From Chrysomallon squamiferum (taxonomy: Eukaryota; Animalia; Mollusca), in contig CM022670.1 of NCBI GenBank assembly GCA_012295275.1, positions 21,204,001-21,268,000 on the forward strand: a stretch of 64,000 bases of DNA, in the 5' to 3' direction. A model generated the notes under the pieces. The model was not told where the DNA came from, searched no databases, and worked only from the letters and a program-made list of their open reading frames with translations. Positions 12,583-42,866 of the stretch are shown here, piece by piece. The position numbers and the translations under genes were made by a program. Numbering within the stretch: the first letter of the stretch is position 1; the number at the start of each line of letters is the position of its first letter.

Positions 12583-15260
12583 AAGAAAATTACGATTGTT
12601 ATCTCTTATATTTTTATTTTTTTTTCTCATTTTTTTTTTTTTACTGGTTATCATATAAAGTAATATAATATCGCATTTGTTTGTGTGAAATGTTAATAGT
12701 ATGAAAATCGAAAAACGCAATTTTTTTAATATTTGTTTATACGTTATAACCTGGAGGATAAATGCTATTTATCTAGGAAACGTCCAAATTTGTTTTAGAT
12801 AAATCTCATGTCTTTGAGATCGAGTTTCACCCATATATTTATTTATGATTACTACCGTGCACCATTTCAAGTGATTTTCTATTTATAATGTTTACCAAGT
12901 ATTTCACAAATATTTGGTTGCACCTGCGATTCAGAGGAACTCTAAGCATCGTTTCAAATGATGGAGAATCTAAGAATATAAGCGGATTAAACGGCAAATT
13001 TGATGCTTTACGGATCAGAGGTATTACAATAGTTTACTCATTTTTCAGTATTAGTTCGTCATCTGCCATGTTTGTTTTGACTGATTCCAGTTATCTTACG
13101 TAACGAATCTCCATTAACGGCATATCCTCAGATTGAACTGAACATTCATCTTGTGTTACGGTCATCGTTACACGTGCTTCTGTGTTAATATGGGACCACG
13201 ATGACCGTCTATATTACAAATGCGTTCAGTTCATCTGGTGACAGATAATGGGGAATAAAATCAATAGACAGACCAACCGATCAACACACAGACAGATAGC
13301 CAGATAGCCAGATAGCCAGATAGCCAGATAGCCAGACAGGTAGACAGGTAGACAAAGAAACAAATAGTCAGACATACATACAGACATACATACATAATAC
13401 AGATACATAGAAAGAGACACGAAAGAGAAGAAAATAAAAGATAAAAAAATAAGATAAAATTGTAAAGAGAACAGTAGAGCATATCCTGCCATATAGGCCG
13501 CCATTATCATTTCGTTTGTAACGTAAGATCGTATAAAGATAATGTTTTTTGATTCACTTTATCATCATTGAATAAAAACTACAGGATACACAGGTGGATT
13601 TCGGTGTCACGAAAGAAGTAAAATGGCGGCATTCACTATTGCTGGTTAAGGTAAAACTTTATTATTAATAAAGATTAAAAGAAACAATTTCATTACTTGA
13701 TCATTCTCCTTTAATTCCACGACAGGAAAGCTTTACGATAAATAATTATTTTATCAAAAATATTTTTTTCAGTGTAATGCCAAAATTGTAAAATACCAAA
13801 GATAAATATTCAGTTGCAGTTTTTATTTTTTAAAATTTAGTCTAATATTTTTATTTTAACATGTAAAAGTTAAAACTTCGTTTGAAAGCTCCAACTGGAA
13901 TCTTTTTTTACCATGGGGAGTCATTAAAACGGAAACATACTTAGCCGTAGACATCTAAATATCAAGCTGCAAAATAAATATTAAAATTTACAGGCAGTAG
14001 ATACAATTTTGCAGACATGGGATTTCATTTTAAATGTCAAATATTGCGTTAGCGATTCAAGTGGTAAATGAAACGTATGTACCAAAAATCGGAAATGAAA
14101 TTAGAAGCAGACAATAAATTAGCAGACATCGAAAAAAAAGAAAAAAAAAAAAAAAAAGTGCATAATTCGAGAGATGAAATTTCATACAGTCGTTTTACAG
14201 TTACTTACAGGTGAAATCATTGCAAAATATTTTTGAAATAGAAAAAAAAAAAAAACCTATAAAAGAAGATCAATAAACGTGCCATAATGTAGCGGGAAAA
14301 AAAGGTACTTACCAGCAAATGACAGAACTGCAGACGGATAGATGATATTGCATAAACGTAACTGTTATTAATCCTTGTTAATGAGAAAAAAAAAGCTCAG
14401 AGATATGGGCCGCATTAGACTGAGAATGGATATCAGAGAAATATTCCCGATAGCTCCGACAGAGGATTAACAATAATGCAGTTAGTATTTTGTAACAGGT
14501 TAAGGGAAATATTAAGTTTCAAATCACTGGAAAAAAAAAAAAAAAAAAAAAAATACAATAGCGTATAAGTAAATTATTCAAATATATTTTGTGATATTAA
14601 TAGTAAAAAAAAAAAAAATGGAATTGTTTAAAAGTTAAATATACGAAAAAATGGTTTGAATGTCATTTATCTCGAAGAATGTGAACGGGCATTCCCTATC
14701 AAATCACCTATTTTACAAACTAACAAGAAATAATGCAATTCTAACTTTTTATTTTGTGTAGAAAACTTGTTGGATAAAATTCTTCATACAAGGCCATTTG
14801 AAGGTCACGTGAACCAAAAAGCAAATTTCAGTTTTAAAATTAAGGTCAAAACGTCAATATCCTTCAAATTATCCTACGTAAAACATAAATAATGTTATTT
14901 TTTGAATCTTTGTTAAATCACTTTTCTAGAAATATCTATTGTTTGATGAGGTATGTTCATTTGAGTGTAGGCGGTCACGCTCAAGTTTATATCAAAATTT
15001 CCAAAGTTTAGGAAGTCATATCTCAGGAACAGCTTGCTCGATCATGCGAGAAATGGAAATATCAGATCTTCGGCTTCAATTACACTAAACACCAGTTGAC
15101 AGCAAAAGAGATGACGTGGAATGACACAATTAAGTTCAACTTTCCTTTAACAAAAATATAAATAATTTAATTTTTTTTAAAGAAATTCAGATTGAAATGA
15201 AATATAAAAAAATATAAAAATAATAGCAACAACAACAACAACAACAACAATAACAATAAC

Positions 15261-15352
<92 letters not shown>

Positions 15353-16419
15353 TAACAATAAAGAGAAGAAGAAGAAGAAGACAGTCACAACATCACCAAC
15401 GATAATAACAGTAATATTAATAACAATCTACAGATACCTACTCCAATAAGCTCAAGTTAATTATTTCACACAGAACATAGCAGATGGTATCGATATGAAC
15501 AAACCAAATTACTTCCCATCTCTTTGATCTGCCAGCATATTATATCTGGAATATATCAGATAGAGAAACAGATATTTGATCATGTCATTCTGGATATTAA
15601 TTTCTTTAAACCTCATTCTAACATATCTGCTTTCATGTGCATGTTAATCTTTATAATGATGATAACCGATAGAGCGCGAAGGGCATCAGCGTATCGTTTC
15701 AAATCTATCTATCTATCTATCTATCTATCTGTCTGAAAGATGCTATATTTTGGCATTATGCTAAAACAAACCCAAAAAAAAAAAACTAAATAAAAAAAAA
15801 AAAAAAAAATAAAGTACTACTACTAATAATAATTGTTTTCATGGGATGAATTATAAAAGAAAAAAAAATATTCACTTTGGATCGAATAAAATGTATTCAG
15901 GTGTCGTTAAATGGACATTCGATATTCTTGGCTTGATACGCCAACAAAAACATTCTGAAAACTTAATCGTCAACATTTATCAGGTTTTTTTTTTTTTTTT
16001 TTTTTAAGGTGCCAGCTAAAATCTTTGATATCCCTACATTCATTATTATTATGTCAGTATGCATTAAACGCGACATTTGCCATTTAAGGATTATTCCATA
16101 AACCAAAAGGTTTTTTCTTTCTTTCTTTCTCACAAACCATACAAAACAGTTTACGAACATCGGCTCTGTTTCACCCCAGGCGGTATCCACAGACGAACAT
16201 CGTTCCATTCAATCTGCCACATCTAAGACGTGTCAAGTCATTCTTCACAAATCAAAGCCTATGGCCACGTTGATGAAGAGCAATAGAGTTTTCTTGTGCC
16301 TGGAGGACAAGGGTCCTCTACAGAGTCGATTGTAGCAGTTAACGAAGAAGAAGTATTACAATTATACTATCTTCTGTACGAGCCAGAATACTGGCAAAGT
16401 ATTCGCCTTGATTGGAGGC

Positions 16420-16885
16420 TGTGGGTAATTTGTAATTTGATTCTTAGGTACGTTCCAGCATATTCTGAAATATGCTTAAGCATGCTTTTAGTGGACTGTG
16501 AGTAATTATATTACTATTTTGAAAAAAATGTTCCATCATGTCTTTCGTGGGATGTGACTAATTGTATTATATTCTGAAATATGTTTAAGCATGTCTGTAA
16601 TGGTCTGTGAGTAATTATTTTATATTCTGAAAAAAATGTTTAAGCGTGTTTGTCGTGGACTGTCGGTATTTTTAAATTATGTTCTGAAAAATATTTAGGC
16701 ATGTCTGTTGTGGTCTGTGAGTAATTATATTATATTCTAGAATCTGTAATAGGCTGTGGGTAGCTCGTAATTATATTCAGAAAAAACTTTATGTATGTCC
16801 TTTGTAGACAATGGATAATTTGTACTTATATTTTGAGAAATATTTAAGCATGCCTGTCGTAGTCGATTGGAAATTATATTCTACA
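16420..16885. repeat. Degenerate ~50-60-bp tandem repeat (core tattctgaaa...ttaagcatgtctgt...ctgtgagtaatt)
   Basis: The core recurs at roughly 16461, 16572, 16623, 16683, 16733, 16774 and 16829. Confidence 0.7.
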
Positions 16886-17875
16886 ACTTTTTATTCTTTT
16901 TTTAATATACCTGGAACATAGTACGCAGAGTTTTGTTGTTTATTGTTAAATGCAACGAATTATTCTGCGCAAACCGAATCTGCTGTTATAAAGTGTCGCT
17001 TCCTCCAGTATGGCGCAATTACAATAACTTTTAATGTATTTTACATTAACTTTTTAATGACAATGTAGTGATTTAAGTAATAATGATTGACTGAAGTGTA
17101 TTTTAAATATATCTTGCAACGATATCATTTTAATTTATATTAAACTGTATTCCTGAAACACGAAAAGATTAATAAAAACAATAAAATAAAATAAAATAAA
17201 ATAAAATAAATGCTAATGAAGAAAGAGTTGATAATGGAAATATTTGTATGAAATAGTAAGAAAGGAAAAATGCACAAATAAAATAAAGAAGAATGGGAAG
17301 AAAGAAGTCACCAAATAATTATTACAAAAAAAAATCAATAAAAAAAAAATCGAATTATTCAGTTCATCAGTGAGAAAACTGGTTGTTCAGTACTGGTAAT
17401 ATCTTTTTCATTTATTTATTTATTTATTTATTTATTTTTCAATAAAACTATGTTCATATTTTCTCAAACAGAAAGAAACATAGAAAAGATAACAACTAAG
17501 AAGAATATCAGATAGAATCTATATTTTCGTATTGCATAGAATTTACGACATCTGATAATTAAATAAATAAATAAATAAAAATAACAGTGACTAAAAATTT
17601 CATTTACGTATATTTATAAAAATAAAATAAATAAATAATATGCCTTTGCAAATTAATTTTTATTTAACTTTTTATTCATAATATATAACAAAAAATATAA
17701 TAATAATAATAATATTACATCAATAAAATAAATAAATAAATAAATACACAAGTATTAGGTCTTTGTTTTATGCCAGTATCAATAAAAGCAACAATAAAAT
17801 AATCATTCTGTGCCTCAAGACACATAAAACTGTTATTTGAGACCCTTGTCCGACATCTTTGATTTTTATCTGCAC

Positions 17876-32474
<14,599 letters not shown>

Positions 32475-33133
32475 CCGGGTCACCGCGCGCGTGAGGGATG
32501 GATGAGAGTTACCGTCCCTGGGCGACTCTTCTTTAACATTCTGGTTAGCTAATTCTGTTTGACTTGACCCATTGTCAGTAATTACTGGCCTGCATTATTT
32601 TCATTGTACTCATCGTTTTCGTTGTGTCTTCAAAGATTCATAATTAAATGCTAAAAATAAAAATAGAAATTTATATATATATAATTAGAATAAAAAAGCA
32701 TTATGCATGTTTATGACATGTTCTTACTGAGCACGTATTATTAATCTTCTGTCATCTGTAGAACATGAGAGATTTCACAAACGTGATAGAATTACGATGA
32801 TAGCTGTATTAGTATTCATCCAGCAGATCTTTTAAATACATTTAGTCACAAGGCAGTACGTACCAATTCGTTTGATATACTGCTTTACAAACATCAGAAA
32901 GCTTGATATATCTAGATATGTAACAAAAATAAATCCACAGATGAAAACGATTTTTGTGTCATTTCATTGAGCATGATCTAATATTTATTTATCTGCTGCA
33001 TGAATGTCGCCAGCTGTATCTGTTACTCTTGCAAAGTAAATAAGTTTTATTTCATTTCACAAGCAACTATTAAACTTTTATTACTACAGTTTGCCATATT
33101 GTTGTTATGCGACAACTTATATAGTCTGGGTAA

Positions 33134-33179
<46 letters not shown>

Positions 33180-33856
33180 TTAAAATTCGTGGATACGTGT
33201 ATAACCTGGAAAGTATATAGCCTCGATATATATGTGTGTGTATGATTTATGTATGTATGTATGAATGCATATATATATATACGTGCACACTCATACAGAT
33301 ATACACAATTTTTATTAATATGTAATTTATTAGATAAAAGGTAGAAATTACTGTACCAGACTGTAACGATACTCTGTTTGCTTTACCGTGCACTAAGGGC
33401 ATGATAAATACACATGACACAAAGGCTGTTTCACAAAATTAATTTTGCTGCATACTGCATGTACAATGATTACGAAGAACTGCTGCTAACAAAATGAACA
33501 CAGTGAACTTAGCAGGTAGATAAGGTTTGACAGAATGTTAATTTTAAATGACAAATATTTTTTCTTTGTGTGCAAAATTAGAAGGCAGAGCAACCAAATT
33601 TGTTTCACGATATTATTATAGCAACGTAAATGAATCAGGCATGTCGTATTTTAATTATTTGACCAATAAGATATTGTTAGTAGACAAGCTTCCGTATGAC
33701 AGTGAATGAATGAATGGACAATTAATATTAATATTAACAATTATATGTTAGAGAGACTCACTATTATTTTTATTTTTATTTTACTTAACATGATATTCGA
33801 CGGTTGAAACATGTCGATTAGCAACAAGAAATCTGTTATATGCACATACTGCATAG

Positions 33857-33914
<58 letters not shown>

Positions 33915-35742
33915 CAGTCTTTACTACTGAAATTGGGGATCGCTGGATCGAATCTTCTGAGATATTAGGCTAACTGCCTAAAATTATCGCTCTTCCGTGA
34001 GTTATAAGCCATTACTCAAGTGCAAAGTGTTTGAGCAATCAGGATCGTTTCACAATACTTGATATTTCCATAAGATAATTATTTATAGTGCACTGACGTT
34101 CTTCATTGGTGATATGTACAGAAACAGGAGTAGACATTTTTGAAAATCATATAGTTTAATACATTCACTGAGACATCAAAACATTTTGATATTACTTCTT
34201 CTACTATTGCAAATTAAGATAACACTGTATCTTTGTATTTTGACACCACTAAATTTCTATTTTCTATCTGAACATTTTGCATATAAATCAAATACTCACA
34301 TCGGGAAGACAACACGCAGTCTGTAGCGTTCTTTAAAACAAATACCTCACACATGAAATTACTTCATCTGAAGTTACAGACGTTCATAACCACACTGAGT
34401 TACAAATAACTTTATTTAATTTTTGATTTTTAAATAAAAGATATAGATCTGTCAGGGATTTACGTTAAGTCTTTTTCCATATCGTAATATTTTCGTTTCC
34501 AAACACACGCAGTATTCTTACTGTGGCAGTTCAGACTTTTTGTGTTACCTGAATTAAAACAGATAACACCGTGTGGCGTGAAAAGGAATGTCACTCTATC
34601 TATGTTATCATTCTTTCTCTGTTTCTTTCTTTCTTTCACTCTCTCTGTATTTCTCTCTTCCTTTTGTCTCTCTCACTATATCCTTTTGATGTCTCGTATA
34701 CTCAGTTACACACGCACGCACAAACACATATACATATATATATATATATATTTGTGTGTGTGTAGGTATATATAAATACAAACTTATATACAAACACACA
34801 TATACACATTCAAAGGAACATATATATATATATGCATATATACATTCATACACGCATAAATACATTCACACACAAATATATATATACATATATATATATA
34901 TAAATATATATATTTATACATACATACATTCACTTATACATGGACACACGCACAGACATACTTACCTTTATTCAGACGGATCTTTGCGGTTGAGTCCTGT
35001 ATTTTCACACACACTACATCTTTATCCATTAACACTTTATAGGGCCATTTAGTCGAAACTCCCACAACAAATTTACACTGACTTAGGTTAAAGTTATGGC
35101 CAAGTCGAGTTCTTAATGGTCATTCAAAACACAACGAACATGTGAACCCATAACAGTCCAGTACCGTGAGAACAATGCGCCAAAGCAATGAAGGAAATGT
35201 TAGGGTTGGGAACGACCAAAGACATTCACAGCATCAACAATACCCATTCACTAACTCAAAACCGTGTTTATTATCCCAGCCTGATTTTCACACACTTGAA
35301 ACAGTACTGTTGTTGCAATGTTCATGTTCGAAATTGATATTTAGTTTGACAAAAAAGAAAAAAACCCACTTCATAAACAAACTGTAATTCTGTAACGGGT
35401 GTATTTTGAGGTCATTGTTTTTGTTTTTTTTTCCCAAACGGTTTTCGTGTTTGTAGCCAGTTTCAGTTATTTCTTTTGATTCTCTGGAACTCGTAGAACT
35501 GTGAGAAAATAATGTCAGAGTCTGTCACCGTGGCTCAGTACATTAAAGGTCACTGTTTTCTGACTGAGAAAGTGGAATCTTAATAATTCATTCGTTAATT
35601 ATTTTTGTTAAACTGACAAAGTGTGAATGTATAATTATGAAAATATTTGTTAATAAAGTGTAATATGTCTATATGAACACACAGACACACACACACACAT
35701 ATACACATACATATATAAATTTATAAATATATAAATGCAGAC

Positions 35743-35795
<53 letters not shown>

Positions 35796-36417
35796 TATTT
35801 ATGCATGCACATACACATATACATGCGATGTACAATTTCTGTTCAGACAGATTTATATTCAAAAGCCATAAAACACTAACCCAACAGTTCGTGCTTCTCT
35901 CAGTTTAGCTGCCGTTAAACGTAAGGCGAACTGTTTTCGTCGTATTTTATACAGCCAAAGTTTCGTTCATTCGATAAGTTCTTCAACAGAGGAGGTATAC
36001 GACTAATACTCTCTTCTGTCACGTTTGTGTTATCCGATAGCCGAGACAGGAATACAATCCTTCCCTAAGAAAGCGTACATAAACAGGTATTTGTATTTAT
36101 AATAAGGGAAATGAAGCGATTATAACGGGTTGACATATTCACGGATGTCTGAGCTCAAATGAAAAATTTAAAAAAAACACACAGTATACAACGACAGTTA
36201 AACTCCCTAGTCGTTACGTCTTTCGGGCTTATTTTCAATAGCGCCCCCACAGAATGTAAAAGTAATTGTTGGGCGACCCTATCTCTGTAGGAGGTTATGG
36301 GAAAATTATAAATGCAGACGAAAGTCATAAATATATATATGCAATCATTAAAATGACTGAAATCTGATTTCAACAGTGTGTTCAGATTCTGAAAATAAAG
36401 AACATAATATTGCACTT

Positions 36418-36920
36418 TTCTCTCTCTCTCTCTGCCTGTCTCTCTCTCTATCTCTGTCTGTGTCTGTGTCTCTTTCTGTCTGTGTCTTTGTCTCTGTCGC
36501 TGTCTCTCTCTGTGTCTGTGTATGTGTCTCTGTGTCTCTCTCTTTGTCTGTGTCTCTCTGTGTCTCTCTGTCTCTCTCTCTGTGTCTGTGTCTCTGTCTC
36601 GGTCTCTCTCTGTCTGTGTCTGTGTCTCTTTCTGTCTGTGTCTTTGTCTATGTCGCTGTCTCTCTCTCTGTCTGTGTCTGTGTCTCTGTGTCTCTCTCTT
36701 TGTCTGTGTCTCTCTGTGTCTCTCTCTGTCTCTCTCTCTGTGTCTGTGTCTCTGTCTCGGCCTCTCTCTGTCTGTGTCTGTGTCTCTGTCGCTGTCTCTC
36801 TCTTTGTCTGTGTATGTGTCTCGGTCTCGGTCTCTCTGTCTGTGTCTCTGTCGCTGTCTCTCTCTCTGTCTGTGTCTGTGTCTCTCTCTGTATCTCTGTC
36901 TCTCTCACTCTCTTTTCTCT
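36418..36920. repeat. Complex (CT/GT) microsatellite block with higher-order repetition
   Basis: Long run of tctctgtgtc variants; source of several spurious ORFs. Confidence 0.9.
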
Positions 36921-38449
36921 CTATATCTCTTTATTTTTCTTTCTTTGTCTTTCTTCCTACCACGACTGTGCAATATTTGTGTTATCATCAAAAGTATATT
37001 CTAGTAGTCGATAATAATTATTCAGAATGTCAGAAATAGTTCTTAATTGTTAAAAATTAACGATCAAAAATGTGTAAAAGTTTCATTGTTTTCTTTAACT
37101 ATATAAAAATTAGGTTCAGAGACTTTTTCTATCAATATAAGTTAAACCAATAAAACCACTGAAAAAAAAAAAGAAGAAATAAAAACCTTTAACTTACCTT
37201 CCCTTGAATGGTGCGTAAAGTTTCGCTCACAAATATTAGTGAATAAAAAATAATTTAGTTCAATAAATAGATATATTCAGTGTTAATCATGTATTCCATG
37301 AGTTTCATGTTTACACAATAACAGAAACAACATAACAACACAATAAACACCACCCAACACTAAAATAACGATTCTCAAATGACGGTATTAAAAGTTCGGT
37401 TCCACGGTCATGCTCCGTGACTTTTGTTGTCATTTTTTGTCGTCTGTTAGAGAAAACCGCAGATCAATTAATGTTCAGATACCGTAAACGTTATAATTAT
37501 TGTAGAATGTCTGTTAAGAGCAGACGCTACCAAGAGTAGCAAACATAAATACAGTAAATAAATGCAATTTAATTATGATAATGGAATAAGTATATATATA
37601 CTGCAAAAAGAAAAAGTATACATTTATGGGTATTTTTTTCTTTAGTTTATGTTTTTCTGTTTTGTATTTTTTTGGTTGTTGTTTGTCTTGTGTTGTGTTG
37701 TATTATGTCTGTGTGTTTGTATGTGTGTGAGAGATTTATTATTATTATTATTATTATTATTTGTCGTTATTATTGCTTGTTTGTATTGTGTTGTGTTGTG
37801 TTATGTGTGTGTATTTTTTATTATTATTATTATTATTGTTAGCGTGTTTCTATATTTCTGTTTGTTTTGGGGTTTTTTTTACATGACAAATATAAAGATT
37901 CTAAAGCTTAATATATATTTAAATAAGAAATATCTCTTATATTAACAACATTTATAATAATAAAACTGCTACTAGATGAAATCAGTTTTAACATTTTATT
38001 GAAGTTTGTTTTATCCTTTTTATTTATTTACTTATTTATTTTTTACTTCATTTTTTTTCTTTTTCTATCTTTCATTTTATTCATTTTTTTTTTTTTTCTT
38101 TTTTCTTTTCATTTTTACCATTTTAGATATATAATATACATTATGAGATTTTATTACTGTTTTGAGTTTTTGCGAATGATTACATATATGTATATTATTT
38201 TATAGATAATTTAATTTTCTAAGAACATCAGGGTGTTTAGAATACATGAAGTATCATGCTCAGGAGAAGGACAAAGAATAAGAGAGATAGAGAAATAGCT
38301 AGAAAGAGAGGGAAATAGACAGACAGACAAATATACAAATATGAATATAGATAGGTAGATAGATAGATAGACATACAGAGAGCTAGATAGGTAGGAGACA
38401 GAAATACATACACAGAAACATACAGACAGACAGACAGACAAAAAGACAG

Positions 38450-38490
<41 letters not shown>

Positions 38491-38689
38491 TATATAAAGA
38501 TATATATACAGACGCATACAGACAGAGAAACAGACAGACAGACAAAAAACAGATGGAAAATCACTATTTAAAAATAATCTGTTAACTAGACAGGTAACTA
38601 CGTAGACAGAAAAGCAAACACTCACTTCTAACACACGGTTAGGGAAGATAACCTACGACTTTAAACTAAAAAACAACTTGATAATCGTT

Positions 38690-39270
38690 ATAACAAATAA
38701 CCTCTGTGTTTCAAAAATACAGACAGAGAAACAGACAGACAGACAGACAAAAAAACCACTGTTTTAAAAATATTTATACAAACACAATAGATGGAATGAA
38801 AATCACCATTTTAAAAATAATTTATCAAAACTAGATATAAACAAATAACCACTGTTTTAAAAACATCACAAACACAATACCAGTATTTATAATAAGAAAT
38901 AACCACTGTGTCTTAAAAATATGTTATCTTCTAACTGAGACCCGATTGGGAATAACAAATAACCACTGTCTTAAAAATACTTTATCACAAACACAATACC
39001 CGTATGTATAATAACAAATAACCACTGTCTTAAAAATACTTTATCACAAACACAATACCCGTATGTATAATAAGAAATAACCACTGTGTCTTAAAAATAC
39101 TTTATCACAAACACAATACCCGTATGTATAATAACAAATAACCACTGTGTCTTAAAAAATCACTGTGTGTATAATAAAAAAAATACTTTATCACAAACAC
39201 AATACCCGTATGAATAATAACAAATAACCACTGTGTCTTAAAAATACTTTATCACAAACACAACACCGGC
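38690..39270. repeat. 59-61-bp minisatellite (aataacaaataaccactgtgtcttaaaaatactttatcacaaacacaatacccgtatgtat)
   Basis: Clean units start at about 38951, 39010, 39069 and 39130, with more degenerate units on either side. Confidence 0.9.
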
Positions 39271-40022
39271 ATGTAGACTGTAAGTCAGACAGATATAAGT
39301 ATTAAAATGAGTACATTTTCAAAAAGTCAAAAGGCAGTAGTATCTAACAAACACATTAACATAATCTCGTCACAGTGAAAACAGTATTTTCACGTTCATC
39401 ATAAAAAGAACATAAGTAAATCTGTAGAAAGTTCAGAATGTTTTGAAAATGTCAAAGGTTATTCAAACTACGTTGGAAACGAAAAAGAAATTCTTTGGGT
39501 TTTTTAATTTGTTCTGAAGTTGGACTTGAAAGTAAGTCAAATAACCAGAAACCAGTTTTCAAAGTTTGTCAATATTTGTACAAGTGATTTCATTGCTGAT
39601 ATGTCAGATAAGAGAAATTATTTATTATATTAGTGACTTCAGTTTATGTTTAGTGTAAATACAATACAGACATCCTCATACATCTTTCTGTCTATTCAGT
39701 TGGTATGTACATAATGGTACGGTCATATGGTGCGATTCGTATAAACATAATGTTTTCTATATTCTGTATCACAAAACAAACACTAATTTTTGATTTATTT
39801 CAGTTAAAAACAGAGATATTTCAAAACATCTTGTTAAAGTTATTTTTATATTTTTAATTAAAAGTTATTGTTATATAACATATTAACTTATTATGCTGTA
39901 AAGAAAGCCTATAACTAATTCACTTCAGTTAATAATTAGAACTTTATAACTACAAACATTATTATCACTTAACTAACACTGTATTTTCAGAATGAATAAA
40001 TATAAATTAATTAATGGACAAA

Positions 40023-40073
<51 letters not shown>

Positions 40074-40290
40074 ATACATTTACAATATAAACACAAACTC
40101 ACCATTAAGTCAGTGCTATCGAGTAGTGATCGATTTCCAATACAAAGTAATCTTCTGAACACGTATCTGTAAACCTGTTCACCTTTCCACCATAGCATAC
40201 GTTACCATTTATCTTTTTCTTAATTTATATATTTACTCAGGCAGTAGTTCCACGTCATTGCAGGACCTCTCCCACTGTAACAACAACAGT

Positions 40291-40325
<35 letters not shown>

Positions 40326-40716
40326 CGGCAGCCAAAGGGTAACTTGATAAAAGACATTAAAGCGGACGTCACAAATGCGGCTCAGTTCTCGACTATTTAA
40401 TAATGAACTGCTAAAATAGTGCAGGCCAGTGAGTGCAGAATTCAATTAGTTTTCTTCTTCTTGCTTTTGTTGTGACTCGTTTATTTCATTTATCAAACGG
40501 ATTATCTATAAATAATCTGCGCTCAGCGATACAGTCTGTTTTGATAGTCGCATAGAGCGCCTGAATGAATGTCCACCTGGCTAAAACGACAATCAGGATG
40601 TCGTGAAAACACAGGCAAGTTACGTTGGCATTGGATCGACACAAGTCAGTAGTTGATTAAAGAGAAAAGGATCGGTTTTCCTTATATTATGTTATTTTGT
40701 TTGTTTGTTTGTTTGT

Positions 40717-40747
<31 letters not shown>

Positions 40748-40838
40748 TATATTTATATATTTATTTACTTGTTTATTGTGCGTTGGGAAGTGTGGTTGTG
40801 ATTTGAGAATGATGATGATGTTGATTATTATTATTATG

Positions 40839-40871
<33 letters not shown>

Positions 40872-41004
40872 AGCTGTAATATTTAGTTATAAAACACACA
40901 CAGACACAAAAAAACACACGTTTATACATACACACAAAGATACATACATATATACATACATACATACATATATACACACACATACATATATACATACATC
41001 ATAA

Positions 41005-41037
<33 letters not shown>

Positions 41038-42337
41038 TATACATATATACACACACACACATACATACATACACATACATACATACATACATACATACAT
41101 ACATACATACATCATACTTACATACATATATACATACATATATGCATGCATATAAAAACATAAGTTTGTTTTTAGGCTTGTCTTGATGGCCGAACTGAAC
41201 GTCTACAGCCTTAGGTGTACGGACGAAAGCGCGCCATAAGATCACGTTTTTTCACGGGTATAAATACACACATACAACACAGACCAACACCCACACGTGC
41301 ATGTCGATGTCTGTATGTCTGTGTGTATTATTTATTTATTTATTTTCCCTTCTTTTTTTTTTTTTTCTTGAAAAATCAAAATATATATACCTTTTTCATG
41401 ATCAAAAGTTAGTTGATTCTAAATTTTCAAACAGACTAAACGGCCAAACCAAAAGAAAGGTTCAGGCGAAAAAATAACAACACAAAACAAAGAGACCACG
41501 TAAGAAATGTTTAATTTTAAAAAGACTCACAGAACTAACAAACTGCTTTTTTCAATCAATGTAGTAAATATGCGTGTAAATCTGTTGGTGCATTTCACAA
41601 AGATTTTACAAATAAAATGATGATACAAAGATAACGATGGCTTGTTTCTTGGTTGTTTTTCAAAGCAGTTTAAAACAATAACAAAACAGAAATACAAACC
41701 GAAAAGAAGAAGAAGAAGAAAAAAAATGTATCAACAACGAAACAAACAGAGCAAAAAGACAATAATAATTTAACAGTTAAAAAGACTCTGTAAAATACAA
41801 GAGTATCTTTCGCCAAAGATACCTCTCCTAACCGGCGATAAGACAAAGCTTATAGACATATTAATACATTAACGTATTCTACGTACAGCATAATGCTATT
41901 TAATTTTACTTCGAGTTGGAAATTTTAAAGGCTTTGTTTCTCTTTAGCCTGTTAAGGTTTAAATTTAATTTAGTTAAACAAACTAATATTGACACTAATA
42001 GTTTCCAAAAGTAGCAATTAATTTGTAGAAAAATTATGTTGATTCCCAAGTACCGATACCGCAAGAGAATTCGTATGTCTGAATTATCTCCCTTCCTTTA
42101 ATTCATTTATGGTTTGGAGTTAACTACTCGGACTAATCCATATGATACTCGGGATAATAAAAACTCATACCCATATTATTTATGTCAGTAACTTTTGAAA
42201 ATACTGAAACATTTTTCTTTTTGACTGTGAAATTTAAAAACTGAAATCATAATGTTTTACAATTTTTTTCGTTCCTTTTTTAAAATTCTATTTCTTTTTT
42301 TTTTTTTTTTTTTAATTACGATTTTCGTTCACTAGCC

Positions 42338-42786
42338 TCACGTTTTCTCGTTTATCATTTTGAGAACTGACTTTAACATCTCTTCCAGGTTATTTGCACT
42401 CGGGCGTTGCTCCGGTTGATCTTTCGTCATCTCTTCGATTATTTCCCAGATTGAGTCAATCTCCATTTCAGTCGTCTGCGCGATGGTCCCCAGGACCCAG
42501 CCGAGGCTGAAGACGTCTGACTTGAACGTCGTGTACGATCCGTTCTGAACTTCCGGGGCGAGGTGTTCAAACTGCTGCAGGTACTCTTTATTCGATCCAA
42601 ACCGATGCCCACATCTGAAGGTTGCCAAACCGAAGTCTATAAACTTCGTCTTATACATAGGATGTTTAATATCAATCAGTATGTTCCCGGTTTGAATGTC
42701 GTTGTGGACGACGCCCTTCGAATGAATATGATTCATACCAACGGCCATTTGAAACATAATGCAGATCCAGCTTCTGTAATAAATAA

Positions 42787-42866
<80 letters not shown>

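Noticed and set aside
14690-15740. Possible Helentron/HINE-like element (aggtca motifs, gagcgcgaag next to a tcta microsatellite)
   Set aside because: Termini, hairpin and target site could not be defined from the sequence.
36376-37039. ORFs of 160-212 aa (SLSVCV-rich)
   Set aside because: They are translations of a CT/GT microsatellite. The same applies to the many poly-L, I, Y, ER and HT ORFs across the track.
41803-41822. Hairpin GTATCTTT-CGCC-AAAGATAC
   Set aside because: A short isolated stem with no definable element boundaries; not a terminator in a eukaryotic context.
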